Assembly (NCBI GenBank): GCA_965262115.1
Contig: OZ253496.1
Coordinates: 544,001 to 608,000 of the forward strand
Length of the DNA: 64,000 nt
Source of the DNA: Nitrospinales bacterium
GTDB lineage: Bacteria > Nitrospinota > Nitrospinia > Nitrospinales > VA-1
Reading direction: 5' to 3'
The notes below the pieces were generated by a model. The model was not told where the DNA came from. It saw nothing but the letters and a program-made list of their open reading frames with translations, and searched no databases. Shown one piece after another: positions 19,609-30,345 of the stretch. Position 1 is the stretch's first letter. Each line of letters opens with the position of its first letter. Position numbers and translations under genes: made by a program.

Positions 19609-21204
19609 ATGATCATAGCTAGCAGTCTTGAAAAATCTTTTGGTCCTCAAATTCTTTTTGAGGATGTGTCTTTTCTTATCAATAAAGGCGAACGCATCGG
19701 GTTGGTCGGTAAAAATGGTACCGGGAAGTCCACCCTGTTCAGGATGATCCTGGGACAGGAGAGGCAGGACTCGGGATCCCTTTCAACGCCCAAAGGATAC
19801 AGGATCGGTGCTCTGGACCAGCATATCCGTTTCACCCAACCCACCGTTCTCAAGGAATGTATTGAAGCCCTGCCCGTTGAAAAACAATGGGATCATTACA
19901 AAGCTGAAATCATCCTTGCCGGTCTGGGTTTTTCCGACCATGATTTTCAAAAAGACCCCACCACCTTCAGTGGTGGTTTCCAGGTACGAATCAATCTTTG
20001 TAAAGCATTGTTGGCCGACCCCAATATGCTTTTGCTTGATGAACCCACCAACTATCTCGACATCATTTCACTCCGTTGGCTCAAGGACTATCTGAACAAA
20101 TGGCCCGGAGAAATGATTCTCATCACGCATGACCGGGATTTCATGGATAAAGTCGCCACTCACACATTGGGTCTGCATCGCAAACAGGCCCGAAAAGTCC
20201 GGGGTGGCACCATTAAATTCTACGAGCAAATGATCCAGGAAGAAGAGACCTACGAACTAACCCGCAAAAACCTGGAGAACAAACGAAAAGAAATGCAGTC
20301 CCTTATAGACCGGTTTCGCGCCAAGGCTTCCAAGGCAACAATGGCCCAATCCCGGATCAAGATGATGAAAAAAATGGGCACGATGGAAAAGCTCGACACC
20401 GATAAGAATCTGGGATTCAGATTCAACCATCGCCCCTGCCCGGGAAAAATAGTCATGAATATAAAGGATATTTCTTTCTCCTGCGACGGCAATCCTGAAA
20501 ACAATATTTTTACGGAACTATCATTCTCCATTGGGCGGAAGGACCGCATAGGAATCATCGGAGCCAACGGAAAAGGAAAATCGACTCTGTTAAACTGTCT
20601 GGCAGAGGAATTGACGCCCACTTCCGGTTCTATCATCCAGCACCCCTCTGCCTGTTTCGGCCATTTTGGTCAGACCAATATTGACAGGCTCGAACCCAAA
20701 AACAAGGTGCTGGATGAGATACTTCGCTCCAATCCCAACCTGTCCCTGCAAGCCGCCCACAGCATATGCGGTGCCATGATGTTTGATGGAGACTTGAGTA
20801 AGAAAAAGGTGAGCGTGTTATCCGGAGGAGAAAGAAGCCGCGTTCTGTTGGGAAAAATAATTTCTCATCCCACCAACCTCCTGCTTTTGGACGAACCTTC
20901 TCATCATCTGGATGTAGAATCTATTGAAGCCTTGATAGAAGAATTGAACGACTATGCCGGAGCTCTGGTGATTGTGACTCACTCCGAACTCATCCTTAAA
21001 ACCCTTGCTAAAAACCTGATTATTTTCCATCAGGGCCGGGCGGAATATTTTCATGGGAGGTACGAGGACTTCCTGGAAAAAGTGGGTTGGGAGGGAGAAC
21101 CCATCACAGAGAAAAAGGTAAAAACCAAAATGAACAAAAAGGAAGCCCGAAAATTACGGGCCTTGGAGCGCCAGAAAGCCCAGACTATTCAGGATTACAA
21201 ATAA
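19609..21204 (+). CDS. ABC-F family ATP-binding protein
   Basis: Two NBDs (GKNGTGKST and GANGKGKST; SGG and LLLDEP motifs); no transmembrane segments. Confidence 0.92.
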   Translation: MIIASSLEKSFGPQILFEDVSFLINKGERIGLVGKNGTGKSTLFRMILGQERQDSGSLSTPKGYRIGALDQHIRFTQPTVLKECIEALPVEKQWDHYKAEIILAGLGFSDHDFQKDPTTFSGGFQVRINLCKALLADPNMLLLDEPTNYLDIISLRWLKDYLNKWPGEMILITHDRDFMDKVATHTLGLHRKQARKVRGGTIKFYEQMIQEEETYELTRKNLENKRKEMQSLIDRFRAKASKATMAQSRIKMMKKMGTMEKLDTDKNLGFRFNHRPCPGKIVMNIKDISFSCDGNPENNIFTELSFSIGRKDRIGIIGANGKGKSTLLNCLAEELTPTSGSIIQHPSACFGHFGQTNIDRLEPKNKVLDEILRSNPNLSLQAAHSICGAMMFDGDLSKKKVSVLSGGERSRVLLGKIISHPTNLLLLDEPSHHLDVESIEALIEELNDYAGALVIVTHSELILKTLAKNLIIFHQGRAEYFHGRYEDFLEKVGWEGEPITEKKVKTKMNKKEARKLRALERQKAQTIQDYK

Positions 21205-21366
21205 ATCCTTTTTTCGAGCCCGATAATGCTAAACCAATTCTTCAAAGTGACTGGCAGGGGTTTGGATAATATGCTAAAAATGTATTATCGCAATTTAGCA
21301 CACGAATTGGGCACAACCCTGATCCCTAAACCCGATCTCCATTAGATTTTCAACACATTTCAACTC

Positions 21367-23832
21367 ATGATTGACAAAATTAAACACGAACCAGGACAAA
21401 TCACCCGGGAATCGCTTAAGCTTTGGTTCAAACATCACCTGAAATACACCTTGGTGGACGACCAGTATTCTGCAACAAAAATGGACCATTTCATCAGCCT
21501 GGCTTTATCGGTCCGCGACCACCTGGTTAACAGATGGCTGCACACCCAGCAATCTTATTACGAGCACAACGTAAAAAGGGTTTACTACCTTTCCATGGAG
21601 TTTCTAATTGGCAGATTGCTGACCAATAACCTGATCAACCTTGGAATTTATGATGAATACAAACAAGCGCTGGGAGAGCTCGACCATGACATTCATGAAC
21701 TGGAAGAGCACGAGGTCGAGGCAGGGTTGGGCAATGGCGGTCTTGGACGTCTTGCGGCCTGTTTTCTCGACTCTATTTCCAGTCTGGGGATTCCCGGATA
21801 TGGTTACGGAATTCGTTACGAATTTGGAATCTTTTACCAAAAAATAGTCCGGGGCTATCAGGTGGAAAAGGCTGACAACTGGTTGCGAGTGGGGAATCCC
21901 TGGGAAATCCCCAGACCACGCTCCCTGTTTCCGGTTAAGTTTTATGGCCATGTACAATCCATTCAAAACGCAAAGGGTGAAAAGGAACATACGTGGGTCG
22001 ACACCCAGGATGTCATGGCCATGGCTTACGACATCCCTATTCCCGGTTATAAAAATGATACGGTCAACAATCTTCGTCTATGGAGTGCCCGGTCCAGCCG
22101 GGAGTTGGAACTGGAATATTTTCAGTCCGGTGATTATTTCCAAGCCGTGCAAAACAAACATGAAAGCGAAATAATTTCCAAAGTACTGTATCCGGCAGAC
22201 CATAATCAATCTGGAAAAGAACTCCGATTCAAGCAGGAATACTTTTTCGTGGCTGCCTCCCTGAGCGATATCATCCGGCGATACAAAAAATGCCATACCA
22301 CCTTTGATGAGTTCAGTGACAAGGTTGCCATCCAATTGAATGACACCCACCCCGCATTGGCCATTGCTGAATTAATGCGCATTTTGATTGATATTGAAAA
22401 AGTGCATTGGGCCAAAGCCTGGAAAGTAACCGTTAACACATTTGCCTTCACTAACCACACCATTCTTCCCGAAGCGATGGAAAAATGGTCACTGGAATTA
22501 TTTAGCAGAGTTTTACCCCGGCATCTCGACATCATTTTCCAAATCAACCAGAATTTTATGGATCAGGTACAGGAACGTTACCCTGGTGACCTGGATAAAA
22601 TGAATAGAATGTCCCTTATTGAGGAAAACCATACAAAATATATTCGCATGGCAAACCTCTCCATTATAGGCAGTCATTCCACCAATGGGGTTGCAAAACT
22701 ACATTCCAGCATACTCAAGGAAAAGGTATTTTCCGATTTTTATGAAATGTTTCCCGACCGTTTCAACAACATAACTAACGGCATTACCCCGCGCCGCTGG
22801 CTGAAAGCCTGTAATCCTGAACTATCAAAACTAATCACAGATTATATTGGAGATTCATGGGTCCGGGATTTATCAGAGATAAAAAACCTTCAAGATCATA
22901 TCAACGATCCCCAACTGATCGACCGCTGGAAAAAAATAAAAAGCGCTAATAAAAAACGGCTGGCAAACTATATTCAAGAGACTTTAAGTCTGGAAATTGA
23001 TCCAAACTCCCTATTTGATATTCAGGTCAAACGAATTCATGAATACAAAAGGCAGATATTAGGCGTTCTGCACTCCATCGCGCTTTATAACCGCATGCGT
23101 AGAAATCCCAAAGACATTAAAACTCCCCGAACCATTATGTTTTCCGGCAAAGCTGCCCCGGGTTATGCCATGGCAAAACTGATCATCAAGTTCATAAACA
23201 GCGTCGCCGACACCATCAATGCTGACTCCAGTTTACAGGGAAAACTCAAAATCGTATTTTTACCGAATTATTCCGTGACTCTTGCGGAAAGAATTATTCC
23301 CGCCGCTGATCTTTCCGTACAAATTTCCACAGCCGGGATGGAAGCTTCAGGCACCGGCAATATGAAACTGTCTCTCAATGGTGCTTTAACCGTGGGGACA
23401 CTCGATGGCGCAAATATTGAAATCATGGAGGAGGTTGGAAGTGAAAATATCTTCATATTCGGTTTGAATGCCGATGAAGTTATAGAGAAGAAACAAGCCG
23501 GTTATCAACCCAGGGAGATTTACAAGCAAAATCTAGAATTACGAGAAGTTCTGGACATGATTCAGAAAGGCTTTTTTTTCGGCCCACAACCCAATCTTTT
23601 TCAACCCATCCTGGAAAATCTGTTGGATCATGGTGACCCTTATATGATCCTGGCAGACTTTCAATCTTTCTGTGACACCCAGGAAAAGATCGGCAATGCC
23701 TATTTGGATATTGATGCCTGGACTAGAAAAGCCATCATTAATGTATCGCGGATGGGAAAGTTTTCCAGCGACCGCTCTATCAAAGAATATGCGAAAGAGA
23801 TTTGGAATGTCCCCGTTAACCCAAAACGCTAA
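21367..23832 (+). CDS. glgP: Glycogen/alpha-glucan phosphorylase
   Basis: GLGNGGLGRLAACFLDS, QLNDTHP, KRIHEYKRQ, EASGTGNMK. Confidence 0.97.
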   Translation: MIDKIKHEPGQITRESLKLWFKHHLKYTLVDDQYSATKMDHFISLALSVRDHLVNRWLHTQQSYYEHNVKRVYYLSMEFLIGRLLTNNLINLGIYDEYKQALGELDHDIHELEEHEVEAGLGNGGLGRLAACFLDSISSLGIPGYGYGIRYEFGIFYQKIVRGYQVEKADNWLRVGNPWEIPRPRSLFPVKFYGHVQSIQNAKGEKEHTWVDTQDVMAMAYDIPIPGYKNDTVNNLRLWSARSSRELELEYFQSGDYFQAVQNKHESEIISKVLYPADHNQSGKELRFKQEYFFVAASLSDIIRRYKKCHTTFDEFSDKVAIQLNDTHPALAIAELMRILIDIEKVHWAKAWKVTVNTFAFTNHTILPEAMEKWSLELFSRVLPRHLDIIFQINQNFMDQVQERYPGDLDKMNRMSLIEENHTKYIRMANLSIIGSHSTNGVAKLHSSILKEKVFSDFYEMFPDRFNNITNGITPRRWLKACNPELSKLITDYIGDSWVRDLSEIKNLQDHINDPQLIDRWKKIKSANKKRLANYIQETLSLEIDPNSLFDIQVKRIHEYKRQILGVLHSIALYNRMRRNPKDIKTPRTIMFSGKAAPGYAMAKLIIKFINSVADTINADSSLQGKLKIVFLPNYSVTLAERIIPAADLSVQISTAGMEASGTGNMKLSLNGALTVGTLDGANIEIMEEVGSENIFIFGLNADEVIEKKQAGYQPREIYKQNLELREVLDMIQKGFFFGPQPNLFQPILENLLDHGDPYMILADFQSFCDTQEKIGNAYLDIDAWTRKAIINVSRMGKFSSDRSIKEYAKEIWNVPVNPKR

Positions 23833-23836
23833 ATTC

Positions 23837-25327
23837 TTAACCCCTGCCATAGGTTTTAGTCAACTCAGCAAGTTTTGCCACATCATCGGTTGACCATTGA
23901 CGCAACCTCCACTCCCAATTATTTTCAGCAGTTCCGGGGCAATTCATACGAGCGTTAGAACCCAGCCCCAACACGTCCTGCATGGGCAGAATAACTGTGT
24001 CTGCAATCGATCTCATTGCAAGAACCACCATTTCTTCAGCAACCGTAGCTGAATTCACTTTGTTCCCTATAATACTTTCTAGTTTCACTTTCGACTCATC
24101 ACTCATTTCTTCCTCATACCAGCCCCTAGTAGTATTACAATCATGCGTCCCGGTATACAAAATACAGTTCTTCACATGGTTAGCTGGAGCATAAGGATTT
24201 TGTAAAATTTCTCCATCAAAAGCAAAGATCAAAAGTTTCATTCCCGGAAACCCAAACCGTGCCATAGCGTCCTTAACATCCTGAGTAATAATACCCAAGT
24301 CTTCCGCGACAACGGGAATGGATTTGAATTCCTTGAATAGCCGGGAAAAGAATTCGACACCTGGACCTTCCTGCCAGCGCCCGTTTACAGCGGTCGAATC
24401 GCTGGCAGGTATCTCCCAGGCCGCCAGAAACCCGCGAAAATGATCAATCCGAACCAGATCAAACAGTTTCAGGCTATGCCTCATTCTCTTCAACCACCAG
24501 AGGTAATCATTTTCTTGAAGAATATTCCAGTCAAAGACAGGGTTTCCCCATTTTTGCCCCGTTTCGCTGAAATAGTCAGGAGGGACTCCCGCAACAACAA
24601 CAGGTCTCATTTCCTGATCGAGTTTAAAAAATTCCGGGTGGGCCCATACATCAGCGCTGTCATGATTCACATAGAGTGCCACATCACCAAAAATACGGAT
24701 CCTTTTATCGTGACAATACTTTTGCAATTTCTCCCATTGGCAAAACAGAACAAACTGAAAATATTTTTCCTGGTCGACAAGTTCTCCAAGCCTCTCAATA
24801 TATTTTTCCACCGTATTTCTTTTTTTTATATCCTCCGGCCATGCATTCCAAGATCTCCCATTAAAGTGGTTTTTTAGAACCGAGAAAACACAAAAATCCT
24901 CCAGCCAATAGGAGTGGTCAACACAAAACCTTTCATACTCGATTTTATTCACCCGCATCCTGAAGCGGGCGTAGCTTTTCGAAAGGAGTCTGATCTTAAA
25001 TTCTAAAACGGGAACATATTGCACCCGATGCGGGGAGCATTCGAGAGTGGGCTCCAAATCACTCTCGTCTAACAAGCCGTCACGAATCAAGAGTTCCGGG
25101 CTGACGAATAACGGACTGATTGCAAATGCTGAAGTACAGCTATAAGGCGAATTGCCGAATGAGGGCGGATTAATCGGAAGAATTTGCCAAAGAGTCTGAC
25201 CGGCCTGCTTTAATAAATCAGCAAACTCAAACGCAGAAGGGCCAAAATCTCCTACGCCAAACTTTGATGGCAGTGAAGTGATATGAAGAAGAATTCCACT
25301 GCATCGAGATCCCTGGTTCTGAGACAT
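23837..25327 (-). CDS. malQ: 4-alpha-glucanotransferase (GH77)
   Basis: GILLHITSLP, GVPPDYFSETGQ.WGNP, RIDHFRG, AEDLG, YTGTHD. Confidence 0.95.
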   Translation of the reverse strand: MSQNQGSRCSGILLHITSLPSKFGVGDFGPSAFEFADLLKQAGQTLWQILPINPPSFGNSPYSCTSAFAISPLFVSPELLIRDGLLDESDLEPTLECSPHRVQYVPVLEFKIRLLSKSYARFRMRVNKIEYERFCVDHSYWLEDFCVFSVLKNHFNGRSWNAWPEDIKKRNTVEKYIERLGELVDQEKYFQFVLFCQWEKLQKYCHDKRIRIFGDVALYVNHDSADVWAHPEFFKLDQEMRPVVVAGVPPDYFSETGQKWGNPVFDWNILQENDYLWWLKRMRHSLKLFDLVRIDHFRGFLAAWEIPASDSTAVNGRWQEGPGVEFFSRLFKEFKSIPVVAEDLGIITQDVKDAMARFGFPGMKLLIFAFDGEILQNPYAPANHVKNCILYTGTHDCNTTRGWYEEEMSDESKVKLESIIGNKVNSATVAEEMVVLAMRSIADTVILPMQDVLGLGSNARMNCPGTAENNWEWRLRQWSTDDVAKLAELTKTYGRG

Positions 25328-25357
25328 GTATATATTTATGACCTCTACGTTTAATGT

Positions 25358-26845
25358 TTAAGCTGGCAAATCCATTATGGCTTTTTTAACCACGCTTTTA
25401 TAAATCAGGGCACCGTTGCCTTTCTCTGGAACATTACTCGCTGCCAACTCGAGTAATTGCAAAAAATAAGGTTCCAATGCATCGCCAGAAAGTTCTTCAG
25501 CAAGTTGAATGGCTCTTCCTGCGTATAATAAAACCTGTTCCGTTTCAATCCCCGAGACATCATTAAAAAACCACCCGCAGCTGGTATACATAAGCATAGA
25601 ATTGCGCTGCAATTCTAGAAGTTTAAGCACAACAACTTTTTCGGTTTCGTCCAACCCGCGTCGGGATTCCTCTTCCAGAAAAGTATCTCTACCACATTGA
25701 TTCATAAGAATATTGATATAACGATTTCTCGCCTGCCAGGGATCCTTAATTAAAGGCTTGCTGATTTCCGTAAAAATAGTATCCGCGATGCCCTGAAGAC
25801 AATCCAGGGCATGCCTGAGAGGAGCCCTCCAATTTTGCTTCCATTCCGGGTGGCCCCCTGTTTTGCATCCGCAATGGATGCTCCAGCGTGCAATTCCATG
25901 AGAGCAGCTCCACGAAGTTCTTTCATTAATTTTAATCTCTTCTTTTGGAGGAAATTTTTCCAAATACTCCGCAAAATTTGTCAATCGCGCGTCACTATGG
26001 TTATCTATGTACTGCAATGCAAAAGCCAGTGCCATATCGCCAAACTTATGATGATGCCCATAGGTTTCTCCGTCAGTCGCCACACTGAGCAATTGCGGTT
26101 CATCGTTGACATCCATCTGCATTAATTTTTCAGCAAAAGATTTTCCATCCCGCAAAAGATTTTCAAACGCCATGGATTGAGACAAGGAACCGTTATAAAA
26201 GAAAACATTAATACTTCTATTTGCCTGCAACTTTATTCGATAGGGCCGATAAATATCCAACTCACTCTCCTGCCAAGTCTTCCCTTCAGGAGTTAATAGT
26301 TTGCCTGCCTGATGAGGGGCTAAAATTGTAAACTGAATGCCTGAGTCAGCCATTATGTCGAGGGTTTCCAAATCCACCGCCGTTTCCGGCAGCCACATTC
26401 CCTCCGGCAAGCGTTTAAAACGAGATTCAAAATCCCGGATTCCCCAATAAACCTGGGTGTATTTATCACGGGAGTTGGCCAGAGGCATGATCATATGCGA
26501 ATAGCATTGCGCCATCGCCGAACCATGTCCGGAAAACTTTTTCCGGCTGATTTGATCTGCATCCAGGACCGCCTGATATGTATCCGGAGCCTTGCTTTCC
26601 ATCCAGCTTAGTAGTGTGGGACCGAAGTCAAAACTGATTCTGGAATAATTATTAACCGTTTCGGTGACAACACCCTTTTCATCAAGAATTCGGGCCTGGG
26701 CGTTGGGGGCATAACATTCGGTGTGAATACGCTCGTTCCAATCATGAAAGGGGTATGCGGATTCCTGACAGGGAATGGCATCCAGCCATGGATTTTCCCT
26801 GGGCGGCTGGTAAAAATGTCCGTGTATGCAAACAAACCTGGTCAT
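25358..26845 (-). CDS. Glycoside hydrolase family 57 (DUF3536-type), shorter than typical
   Basis: HGHFYQPPRENPW, GMWLPETAVD, ATDGETYGHH, MYTSCGWFF. Confidence 0.88.
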   Translation of the reverse strand: MTRFVCIHGHFYQPPRENPWLDAIPCQESAYPFHDWNERIHTECYAPNAQARILDEKGVVTETVNNYSRISFDFGPTLLSWMESKAPDTYQAVLDADQISRKKFSGHGSAMAQCYSHMIMPLANSRDKYTQVYWGIRDFESRFKRLPEGMWLPETAVDLETLDIMADSGIQFTILAPHQAGKLLTPEGKTWQESELDIYRPYRIKLQANRSINVFFYNGSLSQSMAFENLLRDGKSFAEKLMQMDVNDEPQLLSVATDGETYGHHHKFGDMALAFALQYIDNHSDARLTNFAEYLEKFPPKEEIKINERTSWSCSHGIARWSIHCGCKTGGHPEWKQNWRAPLRHALDCLQGIADTIFTEISKPLIKDPWQARNRYINILMNQCGRDTFLEEESRRGLDETEKVVVLKLLELQRNSMLMYTSCGWFFNDVSGIETEQVLLYAGRAIQLAEELSGDALEPYFLQLLELAASNVPEKGNGALIYKSVVKKAIMDLPA

Positions 26846-26892
26846 GAATTCAAAAATCTATTTTCTATTTTGCGCGGAAGAGCAAACAGTCA

Positions 26893-28830
26893 TCATCGGC
26901 ATTTCAAAAAGATCACAGCAAGGGGAGGCAAAACAAGATTAACCGAATAAGGTTGCCCGTGCCAGGTCATGGAAGAACTTTGAACAGGTTCTGGGTTGCC
27001 AATTCCTCCTCCGCCAAACTCTTCAGCATCACTGTTGAGAACTTCCTCCCAGGCTCCTTCACAAGGAACCCCAACACGGTAATCAAATCTTGGAACCGGA
27101 GTAAAGTTCAAGGCAACGATAATTTTATCATCAGGATCGCTCCCCTTCCGCATTAGAATGAGAGCGCATTGTTGCGAGTCACTGCAGTCGATCCATTCAA
27201 AGCCTTCATGAGAAAACTCATTCTCAAAAAGAGCCGACTCATTGACATAAAGATGATTGAGGCATTTAAGCCAAAGCTGCAGTCCTTTATGGTTGGGGTA
27301 TTCTAAAAGATGCCAGTCAAGACTCTTATCATGATTCCATTCTGCCCACTGGCCGAACTCTCCCCCCATGAAAAGAAGTTTTTTTCCGGGCTGGGCAAAC
27401 ATATGGCCGAATAGCAATCTCAAGTTGGCAAACTTTTGCCAATCATCGCCCGGCATACGGGCAATCAGGGAACCCTTTCCATGAACTACTTCATCATGAG
27501 ACAGAGGCAAAATAAAATTTTCATGGTAGGCATACAACATCCGAAAGGTTAGGTGGTCGTGATGAAATTTCCTGTGGATGGGATCTTTCTTCATATACTC
27601 CAGCGTGTCATGCATCCAGCCCATGTCCCACTTCATTCCGAATCCCAACCCACCCACATAGGTAGGTTTCGAGACCATGGGCCAATCCGTCGACTCCTCT
27701 GCCATGGTCTGGGCATGAGGATGTTTTTCGTACACCTGCTCATTAAATTTTCGCAAAAACCCAATAGCCTCCAGATTTTCCCGGCCACCATGAATATTGG
27801 GAATCCATTCTCCTTGTTTTCTTGAATAATCCAGGTAGAGCATGGATGCCACCGCATCGACCCGCAATCCATCAATGTGAAACACATCCAACCAATAAAG
27901 CGCATTGCTGATAAGAAAGCTGGATATTTCATTGCGGCCATAATTAAAAATATGCGATCCCCAGTCCGGATGAAATCCCTGCCGCTCATCGGCATGTTCA
28001 TAAATATGCGTCCCATCAAACAAACCCAAAGCAAATTTATCGGTAGCAAAATGGGAGGGCACCCAATCCAGTATCACACCAATATTGTTCTGATGGAGGT
28101 GCTCCACAAGATGCATGAATTCCTGTGGGGTTCCATAACGGCTCGTTGGAGCAAAATATCCCGTACACTGGTACCCCCATGACCCATAGAAAGGATGCTC
28201 CATAACAGGAAGGAACTCAACATGGGTGAACTCCATTTTCTTGAGGTATTCCGTTAAGAGTGGAGCCAACTCAAGATAGGTGAGTGGGGAATCATTAGGC
28301 TTACGCCTCCACGACCCAAGATGCATTTCATAAATGGAAACAGGACTATTATGAAAGTCATGTCTTTTGCGTCCCTGGTCCATCCAGTTTTGATCTCTCC
28401 ACGAATAATCCAGATCCCAGACAATGCTTCCAGTCCGGGGAGGCGTTTCGCAAAAGAATGCAAAGGGGTCGGCCTTCTCAACCTGGTATTTATTATGGTG
28501 AGATTGAATATAATATTTATAGATATCGCCTTTATTGACTCCTGGAAAGAATCCTTCCCAGATTCCAGACTCCTGTTTAGGGAGCAAGGGGTGCTGCCCT
28601 TTTTTCCATCCGTTGAAATCACCCACAACATGGACGCATTCCGCATTTGGAGCCCAAACTGAAAAGTAAGTCCCAGACACCCCATTTATCTCAACCCGAT
28701 GGGCCCCCATCTTTTCATAAAGACAAAAATGATTTCCTTCATTAAAAAGATGAAGGTCATCATTCGTCAAAAGGGGAAAGGATGCAGACTTCTCATCTTT
28801 TCTGGGAATTTTAGATACGCTTCGAGTCAT
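26893..28830 (-). CDS. glgB: 1,4-alpha-glucan branching enzyme
   Basis: FSVWAPNA, SWGYQ, DGLRVDAVASMLYLDYSR, LSHDEVVHGKGSL. Confidence 0.96.
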   Translation of the reverse strand: MTRSVSKIPRKDEKSASFPLLTNDDLHLFNEGNHFCLYEKMGAHRVEINGVSGTYFSVWAPNAECVHVVGDFNGWKKGQHPLLPKQESGIWEGFFPGVNKGDIYKYYIQSHHNKYQVEKADPFAFFCETPPRTGSIVWDLDYSWRDQNWMDQGRKRHDFHNSPVSIYEMHLGSWRRKPNDSPLTYLELAPLLTEYLKKMEFTHVEFLPVMEHPFYGSWGYQCTGYFAPTSRYGTPQEFMHLVEHLHQNNIGVILDWVPSHFATDKFALGLFDGTHIYEHADERQGFHPDWGSHIFNYGRNEISSFLISNALYWLDVFHIDGLRVDAVASMLYLDYSRKQGEWIPNIHGGRENLEAIGFLRKFNEQVYEKHPHAQTMAEESTDWPMVSKPTYVGGLGFGMKWDMGWMHDTLEYMKKDPIHRKFHHDHLTFRMLYAYHENFILPLSHDEVVHGKGSLIARMPGDDWQKFANLRLLFGHMFAQPGKKLLFMGGEFGQWAEWNHDKSLDWHLLEYPNHKGLQLWLKCLNHLYVNESALFENEFSHEGFEWIDCSDSQQCALILMRKGSDPDDKIIVALNFTPVPRFDYRVGVPCEGAWEEVLNSDAEEFGGGGIGNPEPVQSSSMTWHGQPYSVNLVLPPLAVIFLKCR

Positions 28831-28915
28831 ATATTCGGTACTATGGGTAATTAAACCTGTCTTTAAAAACGCAGGACTAGCTTGTAATCAATACATCATA
28901 GCATGGCGTCACACC

Positions 28916-29219
28916 ATGAACGATAAAGAAGACCAGCAAAAATTTCTGGATTTCGTCCGCCGTAAGTTGGAAGCAGGCACAAGTGATCTGGATGCCGACA
29001 CACGCGAAAAATTACTGCAAATGCGGCACCGGGCTCTAGAATCCTCTCTGGAAGAAGAAAGCAGTTTCCCCGACTGGGCTACCCTACCCATCATTGCATT
29101 CATTACCGCAAGATCTGGAAATTCTGTTATCTAATGATCCGATTGAATTTTATGAAAACCTGGAGTTGCTCCAAAAATGGAAAGACGAGAATATTACAAG
29201 TGAAAAAGAGAGCCATTAA
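28916..29219 (+). pseudogene. DUF3619-like anti-sigma protein with internal deletion/frameshift
   Basis: N-terminal LDADTREKLLQMRHRAL. After IIAFITA the conserved-looking tail QDLEILLSNDPIEFYENLELLQKW continues in another frame to TAA at 29217-29219. Confidence 0.6.
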
Positions 29220-29625
29220 CATAGTTCTTTTTCTGGCCGTGCTGGTATTTTCAGTGGTCCCAAGTAGGGGCCAGGAAAACAGCATCAAATGGGATGACCT
29301 GGGGTCTGGAGAAAAACAGATCCTGGCCCCCCTTCAGAATGAATGGGATGGACTTTCGCCAGCAAAACAAAGCCGGTTGAACAAAGGGGCGAATACGTGG
29401 AACACAATGAGCCCGGAACAACAAAAAACCTTTAAGCAAAAACTTAACACATGGAAACAAAAGACCCCGGACGAAAAACTTCATATCCGTAACCAGATCG
29501 GACGATTCCAAAGTCTGCCAGAGACGGAAAAGCAAGCACTGCGCGATGCCTATGAAGATTTTAAACACTTATCCCCGGAAGAACAGAAATCCCTTTTAAG
29601 CCAGCATCACGAAAAAGAGAGTTAA
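29200..29625 (+). CDS. DUF3106-like secreted protein with W..LSP repeats
   Basis: GTG start at 29200, signal peptide, repeats WDDLGS/WDGLSP/WNTMSP/FQSLP/FKHLSP. Confidence 0.7.
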   Translation: MKKRAINIVLFLAVLVFSVVPSRGQENSIKWDDLGSGEKQILAPLQNEWDGLSPAKQSRLNKGANTWNTMSPEQQKTFKQKLNTWKQKTPDEKLHIRNQIGRFQSLPETEKQALRDAYEDFKHLSPEEQKSLLSQHHEKES

Positions 29626-29694
29626 ACAAAAAGCCTCCGCCGGTAAATTGCAATAGCTTTAAATTGCTTTCAACCGATTACTCGGCCCAAAGAG

Positions 29695-30339
29695 TCATTG
29701 CTCGTTGCCCCCACGGCTAGTGGCACATCGGAATCCCACATAATGAAATTTATGAATGGGCAAGCTGTATATCCTGTGAGAAGATTTCAGACTTCCCACT
29801 CCATTACGCCATGAGCCTCCCCGAACCACCTTCCCGCTGAGTTCGTGATCACTTAGGGTCCACTCCCAGACATTTCCGGCCATATCATAGAGCCCCCATG
29901 AATTCGGTTCCTTTTGTCCCACAACATGGGTCTGCTTGTCAGCATTGCCCTTATGCCATGCGTAACGGTCCGGCTGGTTTCCTCCCCAATAATAAGGAGA
30001 GGTCGTGCCTGCCCGAAGGGCCCTTTCCCACTCCTGTTCCGTAGGCAAGCGCTTCCCGACCTTGTCACAAAAGGCAACGGCTTGGTTCCAGGTCACCTTT
30101 TCAGCAGGCCGATTCGTCCCTTGAAAATAAGAAGGATTGGTGAGCATGACCTTGGAATATTCCGCCTGTGTCACTTCATATTGATCCATATAAAATCCAT
30201 GCTCTTTTTCACCTGCGCCGTTTGCACAGGATTCATCAGGAGCAACATATACCATGCCAGAAGTATTGACTCCCGGATTTAGAACCAGCCATAAAACCAG
30301 GAAACCCGGCGTTATATGAAAGTTAAAGAATCTGTTCAC
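29695..30339 (-). CDS. Formylglycine-generating enzyme (SUMF1/FGE-sulfatase) family protein
   Basis: YEVTQ, RLPTEQEWE, NSWGLYDMAGNVWEW, RGGSW, GFRC. Confidence 0.9.
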   Translation of the reverse strand: MNRFFNFHITPGFLVLWLVLNPGVNTSGMVYVAPDESCANGAGEKEHGFYMDQYEVTQAEYSKVMLTNPSYFQGTNRPAEKVTWNQAVAFCDKVGKRLPTEQEWERALRAGTTSPYYWGGNQPDRYAWHKGNADKQTHVVGQKEPNSWGLYDMAGNVWEWTLSDHELSGKVVRGGSWRNGVGSLKSSHRIYSLPIHKFHYVGFRCATSRGGNEQ

Positions 30340-30345
30340 AATAAT

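Noticed and set aside
19454..19610. Integrative element at tRNA-Pro
   Set aside because: No integrase nearby, and I saw no duplicate of the tRNA 3' end.
25358..25420. GH57 as a pseudogene because it is shorter than long homologues
   Set aside because: The catalytic region looks complete and the stop is 30 bp from malQ; truncation cannot be shown without alignments.
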